Shown piece after piece: positions 21,366 to 29,794 of a DNA stretch of 32,000 nucleotides. Origin of the DNA: Nitrosospira multiformis ATCC 25196 (GTDB taxonomy: Bacteria > Pseudomonadota > Gammaproteobacteria > Burkholderiales > Nitrosomonadaceae); contig NC_007614.1 in NCBI RefSeq assembly GCF_000196355.1, forward strand, positions 2,700,001 to 2,732,000, written 5' to 3'. Every line of letters begins with the position of its first letter. The stretch's first letter is position 1. The position numbers and the translations under genes are program-made. The notes beneath the pieces were generated by a model that searched no databases, was not told the DNA's origin, and saw nothing but the letters and a program-made list of their open reading frames with translations.

Positions 21366-21381
21366 CTGCGACAGATGGCAG
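21366..21381 (-). promoter_or_regulatory. Candidate second lux-type box (CTGC-N8-GCAG)
   Basis: Sequence ctgcgacagatggcag, 65 bp upstream of the 77-aa ORF start. Half-sites match only in the outer four bases. Confidence 0.35.
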
Positions 21382-21463
21382 TACGATGAAAGTTTTATGA
21401 AGTATTAAATTCCTCGAAAGCCTTTGCCCCCTTCCCCTGTTCTATCGGCAGTCCATCCGTATT

Positions 21464-21913
21464 TCATCCCCTTCCCGAATACTCAAACGTAACCGGCTCG
21501 AATGGAAGTCGCTGGCAATCGTCCTGCATCAATGCGGCAGTTTCTCCCAAGGCGATTTCACGCAGTCTGCACCGCATGGTCAGAACACCATTACCCGACT
21601 CGAATACACCGCAGGTATGCATCGTGCTGCAAGCCGATTCGTTCTCTGAAGCCGCGTCTGGTCCGACGTTATTCATGACCGCTACCGGCAAATGAGGATA
21701 GCGCCGTCTGGCTTCCCGCACCCATTGCACCAGGTTCACCTGCTGGGTGCAATCGTCTACTGCGCCGTCGACCAGGACCATGTCATAGGCCTCGAGGTCC
21801 GGCTCCGGGAAGCTGTCCAGTGTTTTTCGCTCCAGCCTGTGCTTGGATTTTTCAAGCAGCAGTTGCAGGAGCTGGCGGGTATCTTGTCTCTCTCCAACCA
21901 GTAGAATATTCAT
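21464..21913 (-). CDS. Receiver-domain-like protein (atypical response regulator), coupled to the AHL synthase
   Basis: From ATG 21913: MNILLVGERQDTRQLLQLLLEKSKHRLERKTLDSFPEPDLEAYDMVLVDGAVDDCTQQ...YPHLPVAVMNNVG. Beta1 (NILLVG) and beta3-Asp (MVLVDGA) look CheY-like. The acidic pair after beta1 is missing and no DNA-binding domain is seen. Start overlaps the luxI-type stop (ATGA). Confidence 0.6.
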   Translation of the reverse strand: MNILLVGERQDTRQLLQLLLEKSKHRLERKTLDSFPEPDLEAYDMVLVDGAVDDCTQQVNLVQWVREARRRYPHLPVAVMNNVGPDAASENESACSTMHTCGVFESGNGVLTMRCRLREIALGETAALMQDDCQRLPFEPVTFEYSGRG

Positions 21914-22533
21914 GCGGCCTTCCTTTGCGCGTTTTCCGGGAGTATCCCAAAAAGGGCGAATTCGGTGATTGCATCGATTTCGATATAGCATGCGACCGTC
22001 AAAACCCGCCCGATTTTGACCGGTGCCCCCAACCTGGAAACGTTCACGCCAAGCTTGCGTATCAGTCTCTCCACTGCGACGGTGGTAACGGTTACATAGC
22101 GCTTTATCTTGTTGTGGCGCGCGAAGAGAAAAAGGGTTTGCATCATTTTTACCGGAATCTCGCTAAAACCGAAACCGGCACTCTCATATTTGGGGACCAT
22201 GACGGCAAAACGGCTCAATTCCCAGACATCCGATTGCTGCGGCGCGGGCTGTCCGTGCAGAAGTTGCGGAAAAGTATCCTTCAACATGTAGGGTCCCTGG
22301 GTGGGAAGCAGTCGCCAGCAACCGAGCACCTCGTCTTCATCCCCCTCATCCCCTTTTGCCAGAACATATACGGGATCTGCCAGATCGAACTCGTCATGCT
22401 CCATCCCGTTATCCGTGGTTACTTCCCAGCCGAGCCTGTCGTGAAAAACTTCGTGCCTCAGCCGATACATTCCCATTGCGGCCCGTTTATCGAGAGAACC
22501 ATTGCCATGTTGTGCAAGCATAATCTGTCCCAT
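21910..22533 (-). CDS. Acyl-homoserine-lactone synthase (LuxI family autoinducer synthase)
   Basis: 207 aa with the diagnostic residues: MYRLRHEVFHDRLGWEV, MEHDEFDLADPVYVLA, VLGCWRLLPTQGPYMLKDTFPQLL, VWELSRFAVM. Start may be MGQIM or the internal MLAQ. Confidence 0.93.
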   Translation of the reverse strand: MGQIMLAQHGNGSLDKRAAMGMYRLRHEVFHDRLGWEVTTDNGMEHDEFDLADPVYVLAKGDEGDEDEVLGCWRLLPTQGPYMLKDTFPQLLHGQPAPQQSDVWELSRFAVMVPKYESAGFGFSEIPVKMMQTLFLFARHNKIKRYVTVTTVAVERLIRKLGVNVSRLGAPVKIGRVLTVACYIEIDAITEFALFGILPENAQRKAA

Positions 22534-22593
22534 TTTTTCACTCGTCGTTGGTTGATGACGACGTTATGAAACAACGGAACCGGATCTCCGAAT

Positions 22594-22613
22594 AGCTGTA
22601 AAATCTTACAGGA
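22594..22613 (-). promoter_or_regulatory. lux box (LuxR-type regulator binding site) upstream of the AHL synthase
   Basis: agCTGTAAaatcTTACAGga: CTG-N10-CAG with a perfect 6+6 palindrome, matching the classical V. fischeri lux box ACCTGTAGGATCGTACAGGT at 15 of 20 positions. The 16-bp core (22596-22611) lies 62 bp before the luxI-type ATG. Confidence 0.8.
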
Positions 22614-23215
22614 CCAGACGGGGTATACTGGCTGCAATCCTTTCCTGACGCGGGTTTCGGCGGGTAGGAGAGAATGCGTGCAGAGCAGGTTTTTTACGGA
22701 AAAACGAGCAGAAAATGCAGCATTCTGTCGCGGTGGCCGTGCGAGTCCACCCCCCCTCAATGGCTGGGCTGCAATGACAAATCATAAAACGAAACTTTGC
22801 GCGGTCGCGAAGACTGTTCCTCAGCAGGGAAGCAAGAGAAACGGGTATACGGAGGGTGACAGAGGATGGATCTCCCATCTTTCCATCGGTCCGAAGACTG
22901 GATTAGCTGTTATAGAGTACTTGGAGACCCATGCCGATGGCACTCGCCAACGCTTGGGCCGATGGGTACAGCGAGGTCTCTCAGAACCTCGGACCGCATG
23001 TCCGCTCACATCCTCGGGACGTTGTGGTAAGCAGGATGAGACGGGGTGATCTCAGGTTCTGGAGTGAGAATACGGCTGTGCTGGGGAGCCCTCACCGGAA
23101 GCAAGGACTGGCTGAAGGAGTTGTTATAGAAGCATGTTCAAGCGAAAAGATGTTTTTTCCCCAGCAAGGATGATTCCCTGCAGGGGAGCTGAACCTCTTC
23201 TACCATCAGTTGAAA

Positions 23216-25504
23216 TCAGTTGAAATTGAATCGGATGGAACCGAAGGCGCTGAGAGGGTTTCCAGGCAATGCGCCCGCGAATGTCGGATTGGTATAGTAG
23301 GTTTTATCCGTGAGGTTCTTTATGTTGACTGCGAGATCAACTTTTTTGATGCGATAAGATGCGGCTGCGTCAAACACGACATAAGATGGCACCTTGAGAA
23401 GATTCAGCGAGTCGGCATAGGAATCTCCCTTATAGGTGACCCCGAACCCGAACATCAATCCACGGGCCAGGCCGCTCTGTATCTCGTACGTCATCCACAG
23501 ATTGCCCATGGTGGTCGCGACCCCGACGGGCCGAGTTCCAAAGACACTTCTCGTAATGCCAAGCACAGAGTTGGTGGCAACATTGCCTGCTCGTGTTTCC
23601 GGGTCCATCACCACACCATTACCGATGATGCTCCATCCGGCAACTGGACGAAAGCCAAGCGATACCTCCACTCCGCGCGTGCGATCCTTCCCATCCGGAG
23701 TCGGGATGTTGCCGGAACCGGGCAAGGTGACGAAATAATTATTGCGGCTGGATTGAAACAGCGCCACATTGAGATCGGCCTTTCCGTCGAAAAGCATCAT
23801 TTTTGCCCCCACTTCAACCTGATCCGACGTCTCGGGTGCTGTGGAGAGCGCCTGCGGCTCGGTGGACAGATTGATGAAGGCGCCGGTGCTGTAACCTGCG
23901 TAAAATGCCAGATTCTGGGTGGGCTGATACACACCGCCCGTGGAGTAGGTGGTCATGGACTTCGTTTGCACTATTTCACGATATCGGATGGGTGATCCGT
24001 GCGCTGTCGGGTTTGCTCTTTGCAAGCCTTTATCGCTGTATTTCACCAGGTCGTTGCGGATTCCAAGGCGAAGCTTGAACTGCTCGGTCAAGTCGATCTG
24101 GTCCTGGGCATAAAACGAGACTTGGTCACTGCCAATATGGCGGTCAAAAGTCAGGGAACCGCCATTAACTTTAGGGTCGTTCAGTGAAGTTTCCACTACC
24201 GGGTTAAAGATGTTTATGCGGTCCAGAGTGTAAGTCGAGCGGGCCGCGTTGATGTCTACATTCTTGTATTCGAAACCTCCCAGAAAAGTATGCTTGACAG
24301 GCCCCGTGCTCGTTTTCCAAACGAACTCATTTTGCAGGGTGGTGTAACCGGCATTATCGAACTGCTGGTACGCGGTGCGTCCCGTGCTAAACCCGGCCGC
24401 ATTACCCTGATTGCCGCCGGCATTGCGCAATAGCTCGAGCGTTCGCGCATCGTAGACGAACGCGGTGCGCATGCTCAAAGTGTCCGATAGGGTCCAGTGG
24501 TGCGTCAGGCCAAGGCGGTTGATGGTATGGTCTGTCTTGTTGAACCGGCTGTAATAGCGCGTGTCGCGGGATACGTTGGCGATATTAGAGTTAGCATCAA
24601 AGAGTATTCCGTAATTATCGGGCTTGATTTTGAGCTCGCGGTGATCGTAATCGACATGGAGCGTCTTATCGTCCGCCAGTCTCCAGGTGAAGCTGGGGGA
24701 AGCCTCCACAATATTGCGCTCCAGGCCACGAAACCCGTCCGTGTGCTCCATATCCGCGATGAGACGTCCCGCTACATTCGGCAGATAAGGGATGGCACCT
24801 GTCACGTCCACATAGCCGTTGCGTGTACCGAAACTGCCCAGCATGGTGCCTGCGGACAGTCCGAAACTATACCGCGGCTGCTTCGTCACCAGGTTGAGGC
24901 TGCCCCCGGGACCGGCAACTCCGAATAGCGCGGAGCCGGGGCCCTTCAGCACTTCAATACGCTCGATGTCGTACATCGTGCGGAAATAGTTGTTCTGGAG
25001 GTTCCCATCCGGAATATAGTCACGGAAAAAACTGAGCGCCAGGCCGCGCGATGTAAAGCTGTTGGCAAATCCGTAACCACCCCCCATGAGTGGCTGCACG
25101 CTGCTGACATTGCGCATGGCGTCATTCATCTCGATGACACCCTGCTCCTTAAGAGTGGACGCCGGCACGACATTGACTGTCGCAGGGATGTCACGCAAGG
25201 GAGTATCTGTCTTGCTGCCGGTGCGGGCAACGTCCTCGATCGTTCCTGGACGGACCCGCCCGGTAGTCACCTTGATCTCCGGCAGGGTCGCATTTTTTTC
25301 CTTCTCTTTCCCTGCATCTTGAGTCGCCACTGCATCTTGAGCCGTGGCTGCGTCTGGAGACGTCCCACCTTGGGATATCACTGTATCTGGAGATGTCGCT
25401 GCATCTTGAGCGGCTGCAGGCACCGGTATCAATGACCATGAACAAAACAGGGTTATAGGGACCAAAAAACGGGATATGGGCTTGAATCTGGATAACTGTT
25501 TCAC
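23216..25504 (-). CDS. TonB-dependent siderophore receptor (FhuA/FoxA/ferrichrome-type)
   Basis: Signal peptide; plug domain (TDTPLRDIPATVNVVPASTLKEQGVIEMNDAMRNVSSVQP, VLKGPGSALFGVAGPGGSLNLVTKQP); beta-barrel repeats; C-terminal NIKNLTDKTYYTNPTFAGALPGNPLSAFGSIRFNFN. Confidence 0.95.
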   Translation of the reverse strand: MKQLSRFKPISRFLVPITLFCSWSLIPVPAAAQDAATSPDTVISQGGTSPDAATAQDAVATQDAGKEKEKNATLPEIKVTTGRVRPGTIEDVARTGSKTDTPLRDIPATVNVVPASTLKEQGVIEMNDAMRNVSSVQPLMGGGYGFANSFTSRGLALSFFRDYIPDGNLQNNYFRTMYDIERIEVLKGPGSALFGVAGPGGSLNLVTKQPRYSFGLSAGTMLGSFGTRNGYVDVTGAIPYLPNVAGRLIADMEHTDGFRGLERNIVEASPSFTWRLADDKTLHVDYDHRELKIKPDNYGILFDANSNIANVSRDTRYYSRFNKTDHTINRLGLTHHWTLSDTLSMRTAFVYDARTLELLRNAGGNQGNAAGFSTGRTAYQQFDNAGYTTLQNEFVWKTSTGPVKHTFLGGFEYKNVDINAARSTYTLDRINIFNPVVETSLNDPKVNGGSLTFDRHIGSDQVSFYAQDQIDLTEQFKLRLGIRNDLVKYSDKGLQRANPTAHGSPIRYREIVQTKSMTTYSTGGVYQPTQNLAFYAGYSTGAFINLSTEPQALSTAPETSDQVEVGAKMMLFDGKADLNVALFQSSRNNYFVTLPGSGNIPTPDGKDRTRGVEVSLGFRPVAGWSIIGNGVVMDPETRAGNVATNSVLGITRSVFGTRPVGVATTMGNLWMTYEIQSGLARGLMFGFGVTYKGDSYADSLNLLKVPSYVVFDAAASYRIKKVDLAVNIKNLTDKTYYTNPTFAGALPGNPLSAFGSIRFNFN

Positions 25505-25660
25505 TTATAGCCTCTTTTAATTTTTTTACTACTGGCTGGCTACAAGCACGAAGGCGTTGGCTGGCTGTGGATTCTTTTTCCCACCGAAACTGGGCGGGAA
25601 ATTATAATCAATTGGACATTCTTTTATCGAAGTTCAGGGGAACTTTTTCAAAAATAACGA

Positions 25661-26437
25661 TCATCCCAGCGATAGCGTCGTCAACATGAGAATCGCAGCA
25701 GTTGTCAGGGTCGTCCCAATCAACCCGGCTGCCATCAAGCGGGGACCATGCAAGCGGCTCCACAACAGCGTGCCTGTGATGGCCAGCACCAGCAGGCCGC
25801 CTGCCAGCGTATCTGTGAGCAATATCCAGACATTGGACATCCCGCTTCCCTTGTGAAAGTTTGCCAGAGTCGCCCAGACATTGGCCTCTTTCCGCTCGAT
25901 ATGCGTCTCGGCATCTCCTTTCCAGTATTCCGCGGTCACGCTATGATTGGGCGCAAGGAGCGTAATACGCCAGTTTTCCGGCTGTATGACCTGCCCCCCT
26001 CCCCATGGCACCGGTCCCGCCGGTTTTTTCTGCGTGCGCGATTTTGCATCGGGCATTTTGAATTTTTCGCGCAGCCAGGATTCCAGCGCCTCCGGTGACT
26101 CAACGCTGTTGGCAGGCGGAGTGAGTATTTCGCGGGTTTCATGCTGCGCCGCGAGGGGAATTTTCATTTCGCTGCGGTGATTCAGCAGAATCCCGGATAC
26201 CCCGAACAGCAGGCCAAGCGCCGCGCCCCACAATCCCATCCAGGCATGAGTGCGACGCAGCCAGACCAGAAAGCGGCCGCGCTTCATCCCCTGTGATAAA
26301 AAGAGGTAACCGCGTGGCTCCGTCACCACGGGACGCGCCCCCTGGCCTGCAACGTGAGGCTGTCCCATGCTCTGTGCAGTTGCTGAAGTTACAGAAGATT
26401 TGGGTGCTGCTTGCGCGCCGGATTGAACAGTGCTCAT
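25661..26437 (-). CDS. PepSY-associated TM-helix protein (iron-uptake associated)
   Basis: GRFLVWLRRTHAWMGLWGAALGLLFGVSGILLNHR, TDTLAGGLLVLAITGTLLWSRLHG: typical PepSY_TM architecture; ORF next to a TonB receptor. Confidence 0.83.
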   Translation of the reverse strand: MSTVQSGAQAAPKSSVTSATAQSMGQPHVAGQGARPVVTEPRGYLFLSQGMKRGRFLVWLRRTHAWMGLWGAALGLLFGVSGILLNHRSEMKIPLAAQHETREILTPPANSVESPEALESWLREKFKMPDAKSRTQKKPAGPVPWGGGQVIQPENWRITLLAPNHSVTAEYWKGDAETHIERKEANVWATLANFHKGSGMSNVWILLTDTLAGGLLVLAITGTLLWSRLHGPRLMAAGLIGTTLTTAAILMLTTLSLG

Positions 26438-27093
26438 TTGTACAGGCTGCGTGTGATCTTGTGGCTCTCGACCGCGTATGCCTTGCCTTCGAACTCGCCG
26501 GGTTTGTGCATCTCGTATTTCGCTTCGATCACATACAGGCCCGGCTCAAGCAACGAGTAGGTCACCTCCCCTTTCTCATCCGTCTGCAGATGTTTCTCCC
26601 AGCCATTGGGTGCGATGACCACGATTTCGACCTTGGGGACAGGCTTTCCCAAATAGGTCAGGCGCAACGTATTACCGGATTCCTGGATATCGAGCGGCAG
26701 GCTGCCTCCGCTACCGAGGCGCGTATAGAGAAATCTTCTGTAGGTAGGAGACGGAATTTGCCCTTGCGGCTCGCGTATGGATTGCTTAAGCGCCTGCACC
26801 AGTACAGCGCCGTCCTGATCATTACCTGCCGGTATCGCGAAATAATTATTCTCGCGCCTGGCTTCGACAGGCTTTTCAACGCCTTTGGCGTTTACCATCG
26901 TCACCTTCGGTTCGATAATGCTATCGAGCCTGCCCGGCGAAGGCTCACGCAGATTTTCCGCGTATTCACCGAAATAAAGCCGGATTGCTCCGGCTTCTTT
27001 CTCAAGCCACAGCGCATGAGCTGCAACATCCAGGCTGAGCACACAGCCGATAATACCCATACCTGTTGCATGGATAAATTGCGGGAGTTTCAT
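26434..27093 (-). CDS. DUF4198-like periplasmic protein
   Basis: AAHALWLEKEAGAIRLYFGEYAENLREPSPGRLDSI, PVPKVEIVVIAPNGWEKHLQTDEKGEVTYSLLEPGLYVIEAKYE; its stop overlaps the PepSY ORF start (ATGA). Confidence 0.77.
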   Translation of the reverse strand: MKLPQFIHATGMGIIGCVLSLDVAAHALWLEKEAGAIRLYFGEYAENLREPSPGRLDSIIEPKVTMVNAKGVEKPVEARRENNYFAIPAGNDQDGAVLVQALKQSIREPQGQIPSPTYRRFLYTRLGSGGSLPLDIQESGNTLRLTYLGKPVPKVEIVVIAPNGWEKHLQTDEKGEVTYSLLEPGLYVIEAKYEMHKPGEFEGKAYAVESHKITRSLYK

Positions 27094-27163
27094 CGAGCTT
27101 TTCCTTTTCTATTATTTATCAGGGAGTGGAAATGATTGGGCTGTTATAAGTATTTGTTTTCCA

Positions 27164-28201
27164 TTACTTTGCCGGCGCTACGTTCCATCGGGTAGACATC
27201 CCGGCCATCATGTGATCGTCGACGTGGCAGTGCAATAGCCAGTTACCGGGTGAACGCGGAACCATGTCGACCGAGGTCATACTTGCGGGAAGCACTTCCA
27301 CCACATCCGTGCGGCGTCCATGATCGAGTACTGTCTGGGCATGCCAGTGCACGGTATGGTTATCCGTCTCGTTACCGAGTGCCACGACGTGCCAGCGCAC
27401 GCGCTTTCCAATACCTGTATCGTAACCCTTGAGGTTACCGAAAATGCGACCGTTGATGGTGTGCTTCATTCCGCTTTCTTCCCCGTTCTCCTCATTGAAG
27501 ATCATGAACAAGGTGATGAATTCCTGATCCACATCATTCGGCGATGGATCGCGAGTCGATCTTGCCACGCCCTGCCGGGTCACAATGATGGCACCGACCA
27601 GGCCGAGATTCGCTTCTTCCTCTTCCATTACATGCGAGTGATACAGCCAGACGATCGAGGAAGGATCAGTTGGTCCGGGACCGGAAGCCTCATCCACAAC
27701 CCAGGTATAAGTGAAGGACTTCCCCGGCGGCACTGCGGCCCCGATACCTGCTCCCGTGCTGGCGGCATCCGCGCCCTCGCTTTTCTTATCATAAAATACG
27801 CCGTGCGGGTGCATGGAAAGCGCCCGGTCGGTCTTGTTCAGAAAATGAACCTTGAGGGTGTCGCCCACTTCTGCCCGAAGCTGGGGGCCCAGAATTCCTG
27901 CCCACTCCGGCTGCACCAATCGCTCCTTGTAGCGCCCATCCTTGTAGCCAAAATAGCGGTACTTAGGGTATGTCAGCGTTTTGCCCCACACTCCCAATCC
28001 ATCATCTGGCTTGATCAGATTCTTGCCGGACGGCGCATAGTTCCAGGTAACTTTTTCCGCCGCAACCCAGTACTCCCTTTCCGCGGCCATTGCCTGCCCC
28101 ATACCAAAAAGCGCAAGAAGACCAAGCAGCACCATAATCCGGCCAGCATTGCAAATATTCATGTTTTTATAATACGAATGATAATCACTGCAAGATATCA
28201 T
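27164..28201 (-). CDS. Two-domain multicopper oxidase
   Basis: SMHPHGVFY, SSIVWLYHSHVMEEEEANLGLVG, HTVHWHAQTVLD, GNWLLHCHVDDHMMAGM: copper-ligand motifs in about 345 aa. Export signal follows MNICNAGRIMVLLGLLALF. Confidence 0.9.
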   Translation of the reverse strand: MISCSDYHSYYKNMNICNAGRIMVLLGLLALFGMGQAMAAEREYWVAAEKVTWNYAPSGKNLIKPDDGLGVWGKTLTYPKYRYFGYKDGRYKERLVQPEWAGILGPQLRAEVGDTLKVHFLNKTDRALSMHPHGVFYDKKSEGADAASTGAGIGAAVPPGKSFTYTWVVDEASGPGPTDPSSIVWLYHSHVMEEEEANLGLVGAIIVTRQGVARSTRDPSPNDVDQEFITLFMIFNEENGEESGMKHTINGRIFGNLKGYDTGIGKRVRWHVVALGNETDNHTVHWHAQTVLDHGRRTDVVEVLPASMTSVDMVPRSPGNWLLHCHVDDHMMAGMSTRWNVAPAK

Positions 28202-28253
28202 AAAATCCTGACCCCACCTCCACCGATTTCTACACCGTTAGATCTGAATGTCC

Positions 28254-29279
28254 TTAATAATCCTTGAACTGCCCCTCTTCGGGAGAAGCTGGGCAACGCC
28301 TCTTTGATTGATCGGATCTAGCCGGTGCGGGTGAGGTATACAATCCCGCCAGAGTAGCGATACCTTTACAAAAGGTTGAAAGGTTTGAGCGATCCAACAA
28401 GACGCAGGGCTTGCCGGAACGTCGGCAGTAACGCTTGACGGTGAAAAAAGCGGTATGGTTTACGCAATCCAGGGGGCAGACGACCATGTCTGCCTGGTCC
28501 AACAATACGGGCAAGTGATGTCCCGGTTCCTGAGGCAGGTTTCTGTAGATGACCAGCTTACCCCCGGAAGCCTCCACTACACGGCGATATTCCGGGTACA
28601 GCACGGCGCGCCCCCCCACGCACAGAACGCAGCGCCCCCCGATACCGGATCCCTTGCATGCGCCGTTTCCTTCTTCACCAAAAGCGGGGGAAGGTGATTG
28701 TTCGACAAAAAACGACGCAGGCGGAGCGGACTCCTTGACCAGTGGAAATCTATCCGTTTCGGCGACTTCCAGCCTGGCATGATTTTCGGGGTCGACCCGA
28801 TCGGGTGGGAGTGAATGAACAGGCTTGCTACCAGTCGGCCGCTTGCCGGCAGGTACAGGTTTCGATTTCCCGATCAGAACCGCTGATCGACCCAGTCGCG
28901 CTATCCGCGTCAATCCTGCAGGGGTAAAAAAAGGATTGCTGTCCCGCGCGCTGAAAAATTGCCTGGCAATCTCAACCAGATTTTTTCCGAGCAGCGCTAG
29001 CAATATCTGCGGCATCTGCCTAGGGTGGATGAATAAATTCGGGGAAGGAGAGAATTTACCCTGTCTGGAGGTTGCGGAATCGCGGTGCTCCGGTTCGAGC
29101 AGGGCAGATGCGGGAACACAGAGATTAGCCAGCGATGTTGCCTTAAGCTGTTGCACAGCCCACTCCGGACAGGTCAGAAAGCTGGCTTGCCCTGTAGGGG
29201 CTGGCTGGCTGAAAACCAAAAAAGTAAAAAGGTGAACAAACTCGAACAAGGGCCGCTGGAAAAAGAAATCCAGCGGCAC
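28254..29279 (-). CDS. DUF2325 domain protein
   Basis: C-terminal GRCVLCVGGRAVLYPEYRRVVEASGGKLVIYRNLPQEPGHHLPVLLDQADMVVCPLDCVNHTAFFTVKRYCRRSGKPCVLLDRSNLSTF; divergent N-terminal region. Confidence 0.75.
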   Translation of the reverse strand: MPLDFFFQRPLFEFVHLFTFLVFSQPAPTGQASFLTCPEWAVQQLKATSLANLCVPASALLEPEHRDSATSRQGKFSPSPNLFIHPRQMPQILLALLGKNLVEIARQFFSARDSNPFFTPAGLTRIARLGRSAVLIGKSKPVPAGKRPTGSKPVHSLPPDRVDPENHARLEVAETDRFPLVKESAPPASFFVEQSPSPAFGEEGNGACKGSGIGGRCVLCVGGRAVLYPEYRRVVEASGGKLVIYRNLPQEPGHHLPVLLDQADMVVCPLDCVNHTAFFTVKRYCRRSGKPCVLLDRSNLSTFCKGIATLAGLYTSPAPARSDQSKRRCPASPEEGQFKDY

Positions 29280-29289
29280 ATAAACAAGT

Positions 29290-29754
29290 CTACATCTGGC
29301 TCTGCAGCCAGTTCTGGATACCCACTTTCTGCATCACATCCAGCTGCGTTTCCAGCCAGTCGATATGGCCTTCGGTATCTTCCAGGATTTCTTTCAGAAG
29401 CTCCCGCGAAACATAATCCTTCGCCGCTTCACACGCAGCGATGCCGCCAAGCAGCGTTTCGCGTGAAATCATTTCAAGCCTGAGGTCGCAGTCAACGCAT
29501 TCCTCCGCTTTCTCACCAATCAGAAGCTTGCCCAGTTCCTGCAGGTTGGGCAACCCTTCCAGAAACAGGATACGCTTGATGAGCATATCGGCATGCTTCA
29601 TCTCTTCTATGGATTCCTCATATTCCAGCTTGCCAAGCTTGTCGAAGCCCCAGTTTTCGTACATGCGGGCATGAAGGAAATACTGATTGATGGCCGTCAA
29701 TTCATGCTGCAATTGGCGGTTAAGCCACTGGATAATGTCTGCGTTGCTCTTCAT
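29290..29754 (-). CDS. bfr: Bacterioferritin
   Basis: MKSNADIIQWLNRQLQHELTAINQYFLHARMYENWGFDKLGKLEYEESIEEMKHADMLIKRILFLEGLPNLQELGKL...DTEGHIDWLETQLDVMQKVG: canonical. Confidence 0.96.
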   Translation of the reverse strand: MKSNADIIQWLNRQLQHELTAINQYFLHARMYENWGFDKLGKLEYEESIEEMKHADMLIKRILFLEGLPNLQELGKLLIGEKAEECVDCDLRLEMISRETLLGGIAACEAAKDYVSRELLKEILEDTEGHIDWLETQLDVMQKVGIQNWLQSQM

Positions 29755-29794
29755 GTATGCCTCCTCAGGCGAGATCTCGAATGAACGAGTGGGT

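Noticed and set aside
22606-22878. Possible luxR fragment on the minus strand upstream of the AHL synthase
   Set aside because: The translation has no GerE-type HTH or autoinducer-binding residues.
22700-23180. Degenerate group II intron
   Set aside because: The hairpins and ORF-less nature are suggestive, but I could not find a domain V sequence or reverse transcriptase remnant; left as unexplained DNA.
25590-25625. AT-rich candidate Fur box (aattataatcaattgg) upstream of the TonB receptor
   Set aside because: Too weak a match to the Fur consensus to call without a matrix score.
26293-28267. + strand ORFs of 280 aa (26293..27135) and 315 aa (27320..28267)
   Set aside because: Antisense to the PepSY/DUF4198-like genes and to the multicopper oxidase, whose motifs are clear on the minus strand.
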